A stretch of 45,811 nt of DNA from Nemertoderma westbladi (taxonomy: Eukaryota > Animalia > Xenacoelomorpha), in NCBI GenBank assembly GCA_032718475.1, contig JAUCBJ010007736.1, positions 1 to 45,811 of the forward strand. Direction: 5' to 3'. This document shows, piece by piece, positions 11,958-21,400 of this stretch. Numbering within the stretch: the first letter of the stretch is position 1; every line of letters begins with the position of its first letter. A program made the position numbers and the translations under genes. A model generated the notes under the pieces. It did not search any database. It was not told where the DNA came from and worked only from the letters and a program-made list of their open reading frames with translations.

Positions 11958-12526
11958 ATGTCTTGAAACACGGCAAATCCAGCGCTACTCAGTTTCTCCG
12001 CAGCTGAGTCTCTAAGACTGAGCTTGGTCAGCGCGCGATCTTTGAACTGACTATCGACGTTACGGAACGGAGTCAGAAAGCGCCGGAAACATTCGAAACG
12101 TATGAACTTATTGTGTTCGTCTAACTTGGCGAGTTTAGTTCCAAGTATTAACGGATGAGCGCGTATGGTACGACTGCACACATCGGCTAGCCAACCGGCA
12201 AGTGCTGCGTTTTCAAAGATCGTGTATATAGCTAAGGAAGGGCGAAGTGGAACACTCATAAAGCTATATACGGCACCAGGCGCAGTTAATGGTCCATCAA
12301 AATATAAACGGGAGTAATGATCTCCATATACTTGCTGGTAATTTATAGGATTTCCAACTTTGAAATTCCAACCATATTCTTGAAAGGCAAGATGTCCGAT
12401 GGATGTCCGTTGTACTTTAGTAATGCCGCTGGGTGTATTGGCATACATAGTGCGAAAGAAACCTCGGCCTTCGGCCCAAGGAGCAATCAGCTGAGTATCA
12501 ACGAAAGGGTATGGAATGTTCTCCAT
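11753..12526 (-). CDS. Accessory ORF C, 257-aa protein of unknown function
   Basis: ATG-initiated long ORF with globular-like composition, inside element 1 and sense to gag-pol. No family recognised. Confidence 0.65.
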   Translation of the reverse strand: MENIPYPFVDTQLIAPWAEGRGFFRTMYANTPSGITKVQRTSIGHLAFQEYGWNFKVGNPINYQQVYGDHYSRLYFDGPLTAPGAVYSFMSVPLRPSLAIYTIFENAALAGWLADVCSRTIRAHPLILGTKLAKLDEHNKFIRFECFRRFLTPFRNVDSQFKDRALTKLSLRDSAAEKLSSAGFAVFQDICIQNSHSSVIQRPEYLQVILSWKYRQWVHLRKPTHQLRLCSWRMNQYAWNPKRFNLRLLGAVTMIMS

Positions 12527-12865
12527 ATTCTTGTTGTATGCCTAATATGTCTTCCATTGATGGTAGAGAGCAGGGGAAGACCTATGTCGTATTCAGAAGT
12601 ATTCCGAAATACGATCTCAGTAGGAGGATTGTTACATTCGAGGACTATTTCCAACTGAATTTATCCCCAGTGCGATGAGGTAAACACCAGTTCAAAGATA
12701 TGTTTGACTCAGTGGTTCTACATAAGATTTATATCCCCAATCATTAAGGGAGGTGAACAACTAGATTTATGACACATAATGGTACCAGTTGTTCACAAAC
12801 TATCCGCGTGTCCTTTCAGTCCTTATTTCACGGTTGTGGACTTGAGGAAATTAGGAAGTGGTTGA

Positions 12866-13177
12866 TTATCTAATCAAGAACGAGAGGGTGGAAGTTGATA
12901 TCATAAATATCAACAGAATATGACATGGACAGGAGGTGCGGACACCAATATTAGCATCCAGATGAACAGTAAGGGATGGGAGGTTTAGTATTTGTTTCCC
13001 GAAGCTCCGAGCACGTTGGGAAAAGAAGGTGGGATGAAATATTAGGATGAGGTAGGATCCATACCACGATACCACTATGATTGGTCGATCGATGAAGGGA
13101 GTAAAGAGGAGGAAGGATATAGGGTAGTATCCATAAGACACCACAATGGACAAGTTTTCCATCACGTCATCATTCAT
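12866..13177 (-). CDS. Possible accessory ORF B, small hydrophobic protein
   Basis: 103-aa ATG ORF with two similar hydrophobic segments (IVVSYGYY / IVVSWYGSY). Could be chance. Confidence 0.3.
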   Translation of the reverse strand: MNDDVMENLSIVVSYGYYPISFLLFTPFIDRPIIVVSWYGSYLILIFHPTFFSQRARSFGKQILNLPSLTVHLDANIGVRTSCPCHILLIFMISTSTLSFLIR

Positions 13178-13358
13178 TCTTGTCTTTTAATTGTGACACT
13201 GATCACAATAATTACAGGAAAACGATGAAGGAAGAGAAATTTACAGCCTCCCGAAGGAGACCGCCCGCGAGCACCCGTGCCCCGGGGAAAACTATTCACA
13301 TTATGGACACTGTACATTAACATATGTCTCTTCTCCAGTGATTCGCCTATATTTGTCT

Positions 13359-13757
13359 TTACAAGCCTTCTTCCACGCTCTTTCTTTCGAGCTGATTTCG
13401 AATAGAGTTCTCGTGTTCTATTCTCGATTTATCGTTTCGACTCCGCTGGGCATGATATTTAAATAAAACCATTTCCCTTTCGGTGTCTACATCGTCCGTA
13501 TCGTGTAAATCAATAGGATGACCAGTGGTCAAGAAGTCCATATACGTACCATTACGATGAGTGTAGCGAGTAGTGAACTTTCTATAATCCAATTCACGCG
13601 TAAGTTGCTCCTGGGACATTGGCGGTTCGATATAACGACCATCGTCCTCCGTAGGAGTTGGATCAGCGTCGCCGCGTATTAAGCTATCGACAAACGCTTG
13701 TAAAGGTAGAGTATATCTCTCCCTGATACCAAGATCATCTTCTATTAATTCAGTCAT
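13359..13757 (-). CDS. Accessory ORF A, 132-aa acidic protein of unknown function
   Basis: ATG ORF with protein-like composition, preceded on the sense strand by TATAGCAG, a possible splice acceptor. Confidence 0.55.
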   Translation of the reverse strand: MTELIEDDLGIRERYTLPLQAFVDSLIRGDADPTPTEDDGRYIEPPMSQEQLTRELDYRKFTTRYTHRNGTYMDFLTTGHPIDLHDTDDVDTEREMVLFKYHAQRSRNDKSRIEHENSIRNQLERKSVEEGL

Positions 13758-14569
13758 ATCTGCTATACAAGTTCACCAATATTATAATGAGTTTATATAT
13801 CGTTAGGCGAGCGGGCGTCGCTGCCTATTTCTCCCTTGCCCCCGGACAGTAAGAGATTCTCAGCGCCGATGTACCGCTGTAGCTGTACTTTCGCCAACGA
13901 CGTAGCCGTACAACTACAACGATAACCGACACAAGTCACTCCACTGTCCGTCCCAAAGGCTTAGATATATTTCAGGTATTCCTTGGAGAGTTAGGTTATT
14001 TTACGATTGCGACTAGCTACTGTAAACACACTTTAGCAGTAACATTCACCTATAAACTCACAAATACCACACAACTGGTCACAACTACACACATTCGGGC
14101 CATTTGTCCGTTAGTCAATGCTTTCCAGAATGTCACTGTATTATTATGTATCCTTGGATACTAGTAGTGCGCTATTTATTCCCTATGTTATTCAATGGGA
14201 CAAGCTTTCTATTGTTCGTTTAACTCAATTCTAATTCTAGCGTGGTTGTTGCTATGGTGACATTATGCAAAGCTAGCGGTAGAATTAGAGTAATTCCAAT
14301 GCATACAGATCTGGGATGTTATTTAATAGGAATTCTTTAATAGTCAATGTCCTGTTTATACATGACTTTAAGAATTTTATCGGCTATTAACTATGTTTGG
14401 GAGACTTTCGTACACGCATACGCATAATAATATAAATCTCCGCTCCCTTGATCTATTAATTAATGGAATTTTGGGAACTTTATAAATTGCGTAAAATGGC
14501 AATTTATTAAATTCATTAAAAGGCATGAATTTAAATTTATTCCCTGAAATTTTATTATTTGATAATTAA

Positions 14570-14890
14570 ATGGACATATTTTGATTCTAGAACATGTCTA
14601 GGGACACAAGATCCTTAATTCTATGACAATTGTCTTTTTAAGAATATCGGTAAATGCTACGATATCTTAATTGACTAGAATTGTTGAAGGATCTGAATTT
14701 TACAGATTTTGACTTATTTGATTTGTAAATATTAACTAATTAATATTTGAGATGGGCACCGATTTATTCCAGAACTTGTCTGGGGACGTTAACCACTGAT
14801 TCTATAATTTGTCTTTCAAGTATATCGGTGGGTGCCACGATATCTTAATCGACTAGAATTACAGATGGTCAAAGGGTTTAACAGATTTAT
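14570..14890 (-). ncRNA. Putative duplicated cis-acting structured RNA element (two diverged copies of about 135 nt, 14570-14710 and 14752-14890)
   Basis: Three stems are retained in both copies through compensatory substitutions (see findings). Confidence 0.6.
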
Positions 14891-15405
14891 TTTGCGTTAT
14901 ACGCTACTGTTAAAGGGACATCACGCTACTATATGTATTATTTAATATACGGTATGAGAGCAATATCGCACGAAGCAATGTCAGTGTGAAGAGGCAAGTC
15001 GTTTCCAAGGTCTACCCAGAGCTTGGTTTAGCCGAGACACGAGGATCTGAACTTTGCATTCCTAATACTCTGCCTACCAATAATACTTAAATATAGTAGT
15101 GGCTTTATTGTACTTTAATAAGTACAGACATTTCATCTTACTGTAGTTACGTATTTATAATATAATACGGACAGTAAGGAAAGAGAAAAATAATTATTTC
15201 TTCGCCGTCTCACTAAATATAATATAAGTAAGTATGTACGTAATAAACACGAATATATTGCACTATTCTACAAAATAATCGCTAAATAATATTCTACTAA
15301 ATTAAATAAAACGATTATAATAAAATTACATAGTAATACATACATAAATATAAAAATGATAAAATAATATAAAATAATAGAGTCACACGCCCACTCCGAA
15401 CGATA

Positions 15406-18400
15406 TTAAGTTGGGGAGTCCCTAGATGTCGGTTGGATTAGGGAAGTGGTCGTGGGAAGAGTTTCTTGCCTTCCATAGTTTACGGAGAGCTCTCTGTCTC
15501 TTTCCAGTAAACATAAACGACCCACTGGGCGATTGAGCTGTTGAGTCTCAAAGACTATCCCTGGTTTCTTAAAGTTCCGCCGCATGACGACGAGCTCTAC
15601 TGATCGCACCAAACCATCGCTCGAGATATAAGTCTCGATGATACGTCCTGTTTGCCATCGCTTACGTGGGAGATCGGGGTCCACAATAAGCACCATATCT
15701 CCAGCGCTGACGTTTTCTTGCTGCTCAAACCACTTAGTTCGAAGTTGTAGAGTGGGCAGGTAATGTTTCTCAAAATGGTCAGCGAAACGACGGGATAGCA
15801 ACTGCATAAGTTGCCAGGTTCGACGGCAGTACTCGTCTCCGTCTGTGATCTCCGATTGCGGGAGCATGGCTACGGGTTTCTTCAGTAGAAAGTGCGCGGG
15901 TGTTAGCGCTTCCAGGGAATCAGGATTTGAAGAGACTGGCATAAGCGGTCTTTCGTTGAGATAGGCGGCGATTTCCTCCATTAACGTCCGCAATAGTTCG
16001 TCGGTGAGATAAGCGCGACAAGGCACAATAAAGTGGAACGCAGTCTTCACGCTCCTAATCAATCTCTCCCAACTTCCTCCCCACCAAGGGGCGTCGGCGG
16101 CGTTGAAGGTCCAGCTAGACGCTGTTATCCTTAGCTGATCGTCCACCTGTCTTTTATTCCAGTCCTTTACGTAAGCTTGAATTTCGTTGTTGGCGCCAAT
16201 GAAGTTCGTTCCCTTATCCGATCTCATCGTGTTACTGGTTCCGAAGCGAGCGATCTGTCGTCGTAAACTCAACACGAAGCTGTTGGTGGATAGATCGTTT
16301 ACCATATCGAGATGGATAGCTCTACAAGTCATACAAACGAAGATGACACACCATCTCTTGACTATAGTCCGGGCACGATATACTTCAATAGGGCCAAATA
16401 AATCCACACCGGTATTAGTAAAGGGTGGTTCATAGAAGCTTACTCTTTCCCTAGGTAATTCTGCCTCTCGCTGTGTCAAAGGCCTACTGAATGCTTTCCT
16501 ACAGGGTATGCAGTTCCTAAGAACTTGGTTCAGAGCCCTACGGGGTTTATAAAAATAGTAGCGAGTTCGAATTTCGCTCAGAACTCGTTCTCTACCAGCA
16601 TGGTACAGTTTGCTATGAACATCTACAATCATCTTGATTTGTATATCAAGATTTCTAATGAGTATGGGAAACTTAGTGTCAAAGGATAATGGGGCGTTTG
16701 TTAATCTACCTCCAACACGTATTAACCCATCTATCATGGTACTAGAGAAGCGATCCCTTAAGCGCATCTGTGTATTTCTTAACAACAGGAAATACTTATC
16801 GGAATCCTCATAGCATTGTAGGAGTCTCAGCATTTGTTTGTTGGTTTCATCATGCTCCTGGTAACTGATCTTTTCTTTTAGAAACCTGTCGGGTATCTTG
16901 TATTTAGGAAGATCTTTAATAACATGGACTCGTGCAGATGTTGATGGAGCATCATCACTATGGGTCTTTGTCCCGGAGTAACGATGATGAAAACATCGTT
17001 TTAAATAGGTGACGGCTTTACAGAGCCGATTCCAGGAACTGTAGTGACGTATCGCTCTCTGCAAGAGAGGTGAGAGTCCTTGCGCGATATCTGGTATTCC
17101 AGATTTCCAATCCTTGTCACGGATTTCCAAGACTTCTTTGGTCGTGGCGGTGGGTTTCTGATCCAAAGCATCATCTCTGGAAGTAAATAATACAGATAGA
17201 TCAACCGCAGGTTTAAACAACTTCGATTTACTCGCTCGAGTTTTGGGTTTAACTTTCTCCGCTCCCTTGGCCTGTCTGATCTCTGCTGTTGTGAGATGAG
17301 GAGGCCATTCTTCTTCTTCCCTGTAGAGAAAGTCGGGTCCTCCTAACCATTCGGGAGTATTTACCAATTCCTTTGGAGTCGCTCCTCGGGACGCGATGTC
17401 TGCTGGATTAATCGTTCCTGGGCAATGTCTCCATTGGTCCATCGTCGTGCGACTAAGTATGATGGCTACCCTGTTGGTAACGAAGACGCTGAACTGACAG
17501 ACTTCATTGGTTATATACTCTAACACGAGTAAAGCGTCGGTCCAATAGACAGTTTTCTCTAATGTATAGTCAATCTGTTCGGTTACATTCCGGCCGATGG
17601 CTGTAGCGTATAGAGCCGCTTTTAACTCCGCTCGAGGAACTTTCAACTTGTTGTTGATTAATGCCTTAGAAGTAACCAAGGCGACTTTGATTCCATCCGG
17701 AGTTTCCACTCTTAGGTAGGCTACTATACCGATTCCCATATCGCTGGCGTCTCCAAACACATGGAGTTGATAGGAATACGTAGGGAGAACATGACCAAAA
17801 TATGAACGGGAAATTATAAAATCCTCGATCGCTGGCAGCGAATCTTCCCACTTCATCCACTGCTTCAGTAATTCCCCCTTAAGTGGATCGTCCCATGAGT
17901 GGTTTTCAAGCCACATTTGTTGTACCAAACTTCGAGCAATCAATATAACTGGGCTAATAAATCCCAATGGATCGAAATAAGTGCTCAGTATACTTAAGCA
18001 AATCCGTTTGGTTCGAACTGGATTATCTCGCTGTTTTAGTTGGAAAAACAGGATATCTCGCTCTGTGTCCCATTTCAAGCCGAGTGTCTTGGTCTCTGGC
18101 AGATCATCTTTGATCAAATCGAGATCTTTCGCTCCGCGATCTTCCGCAGGGATCGACTCCAGAAACTCACGGGAGTTGCTGGTGAATTTGGTTAATCGAA
18201 ATCCACCTCTTTTTAAGCACTCTACCGTTCCCTTAGCGACCTCAATGGCTTCCTCAACTGATGGGAGGGACTTCAGATTGTCGTCCATGTATATGTCTCT
18301 CTTGATGTTGTCGATCACTTCCTTAGAGAAGGCCTCTCTGTTGTCCTCTGCAGTAGTACGCACTACCGAACAGGCGTTGGAAGGGCTTGAGATTATCCCA

Positions 18401-21400
18401 AAGGCCTGGATGGTCATCCAGTACTCCACCGGTTTCTGGTTGAGGTCTCCTTCGGGCCACCATAGAAATCGTAAGCTATCTCGATTCCTATCCAACACTT
18501 TGACTTGCAAGAACATACCTTCTATATCGGAGGCGAAAGCAATCGAATATTGTCTCAATCTTAAAAGAATTCCCAACAAAGATTGAAGTAAGTTGGGTCC
18601 GGGTAACAATTCAGAGTTAAGGGATTGACCCATGTAAAGAGCGGAGCCATCAAACACTACTCTCACTTCATTGGGTTTACCGGGTTTAGGAACGTAATGG
18701 TGAGTTAAATAATACGTTCTTTCAGTCACAGGTGTTTCTTCCGGTACTCTCTCCGCGTATCCCTTATTGATAAATTTTTCTAGCTGTGTTTGATACATGG
18801 CTTTCGCTGAAGAATTAGCCGTAAGGCGTCGATGGAGTTGCGCGATTCCTTTTTCCGCCAAAGGTCTGTTATTGATGAACTTCGGTTCTTTCTTGCGGAA
18901 AGGTAAACCGACTTCATACCTACCTTGATCTTTGAGGAAACATGTAGTTGTCTCTTGGATCTGCTTGGCCCTTTCCTCTTCCACCGACAAGGCTTTATCG
19001 TAGGAATTGGGCTCTACCGCCTCTTGCGTAAAGAATCGTACAGCATGTTCATCCCGAATCTTGGCATTATGACGCTCAATGACGTCATTTAACTCGTCGT
19101 TATAAGCTTCTCGTTCAGATGGATAGAGAAGTTGACATAAGTTAACTTGATTTTGCCAAGCCTCGTTTTCCTTAAGGAGATCGATGGTATTCTCCTCATC
19201 AAAAAGCTGGTGAACATCGTCGTTATCTGAGGAGTATGGAATTCCCTCAGTTGAATCGTCTCCCTCACTAGCATCATCTTCCCATTCACTCACCTTGTAG
19301 ACTCTCTCTTGCGGTAGTCTTTCTCTGAGTGTTCTACGGGAAGGGCCAGTAAAGTACCAACCTACTCTAGTTCTTACCGCATAGGTCTGTAGGGGCTGCG
19401 GTTGAGCAGGCCGTTTCTCTAACGTCTCCAGCGCCTCATGCGCGTTTTGGCCGATGAGTATTTGCACTCCAGGATAATCAGTCTGAAATCGAGGTATGTT
19501 AAGATGTTGGATGCTCTCATCCTCGTCCCAATTATAAAGGTCTGCTTGAGTAGTAGCGAAGTTCTTTATAGCCACCATTTTCACTGACCTTATGCTGTGT
19601 TCTCCTAGTTCGTCCTGGGGGGTGGACAACGCTCCGACATAATAATCAGCTGTTATTGTAGATTTCCAAACTTGCATAATGCCTGACATGTTGAGCTTAG
19701 TTTGGAACTTGGGTTGTCCAGCAAATATATCTTCGGCTAACTCTTTATCGATGAATGTTCCTGTGCTGCCGGAGTCCAGGAGGGCGTTCACTACATAACT
19801 CCTCTTAGGTCCGTGAACCCTTACCTGCACCACAGGAAACTCTCGGATCCCTACATTGGAGGATGTCTCTTTCCAAGGTGGTTGTCGTTCAGAAGTAGTT
19901 AGAGTAAAGTCGTTCTCTGTATCTTTCTCATATGTTAGTGCTCGATACACTGCGGTATTTATCATGTAACAGGATTCGTTTTCGTCAGAGAACTCGTCTG
20001 TATAGAATCCTTCCATCTCAGATTGATCAGTGTCGTTCACATCACTGAATTGGACATGTAGCTCGGAATCACTTACCTGATTCGGACTATTTCGATCGAA
20101 TTCAGCGTGCAACAAGATATGATGTTTCGCACCACACTTTGCACACCTTATGTCAGAGAAACAGGTTCGCCGTTGGTGTCCTTGTCTGAGGCAATTATAA
20201 CATAACCGCTTATCCCACATGACTTCGCGTCTCTCCGTTAATGATTTCTTTAGAAATTCATCACACCTATTCAAATAGTGGGTCCCGTCACACAGCGCAC
20301 ATTTTGGTTTGATGTTACTTACCTTATTCTGAGTCACATTGTGTACACTTGCCTTTTCTTCGGGCTTTCTCACCTGAATTCTCTTGGGAGACGTGGGAGG
20401 AGTTTTTCTTACTTGTTCTCTCCTGTCATTTGTTCGAGACTTGAATTTACTTACCTGATCTTTAGGCATTTTATTCACGTAATAAGATCTATCCGTGTCC
20501 TTCCCGCTATCTTCTCCTTGTGAAGTCTGGCTTTCGCCGTCATCTGTATAACATACTGGGGTTATTTTTCTCCTAGAGACGGGTTTTTCACTTACCTTGT
20601 TTTCCGGTGTTTTCTCCCTAGACAGTTTCAGGAGCTGTAATTTCACTTCTCCATCTAGGAATGACATGAGATCAGCCATGGTAGGGTCTCGCCGTTGTTG
20701 TTCCATCATATATAACACTTTCTTATCCCAGCGTGTACCTACTCCACCTTTAGGTAAAGTAGAAGCCACTGCTCTAATAACCATAGTGTTCTGATACTCA
20801 TGAGACTTACCTAGCCAATCTAATTGTCTGCAGATCTCCTGGATCTCATCGGAAAACTCGATAATTCCGCTACTAATAAACTTTCGGGGCGCTACTAACT
20901 TGGCATACAAGTACCCAGCGATATTATTCCTATTACCATACCTGATGTTTAGTGTATCCCAAACTTGTCTTAATCCGTCTGGATGTCCAATAAACTTTAA
21001 CGCCATTAACTTGGGAGATCCTTCCAAGCACTCGATGAGGTATCTAAGTTTTTCTCCATTAGATAGTACAGAGTTCTGTATGTTATCTTTGTAATATTCA
21101 TTAAAAGGTAACCACTTCATCTCATCTCCATTGAACTTGACGATCTCTCCAACCTTTACCGCTTGCCGGGCTTCGGTTCTAGCCATTTGACGCGTAAAAC
21201 TTTCTTGGGCCATTGTGCTATTTAATATCGAGTTATCGGTATATAAATTCCTCGGATTATGATCAGTTCCATAGGGAATATCATTACAAACAGGTCTATA
21301 ATTACCCTTAATAGGGTTCACTATAGGAGTTTCTACTTCGCTAGCAGTATAAATGCGTGTAGGCTCCACACCTTGCGCATGAGATACTTCAGACCTAACG

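Noticed and set aside
10752-13757. env gene in the post-pol position
   Set aside because: No ORF shows signal peptide plus ectodomain plus C-terminal TM anchor. The largest ORF has zinc fingers and an NLS-like tail.
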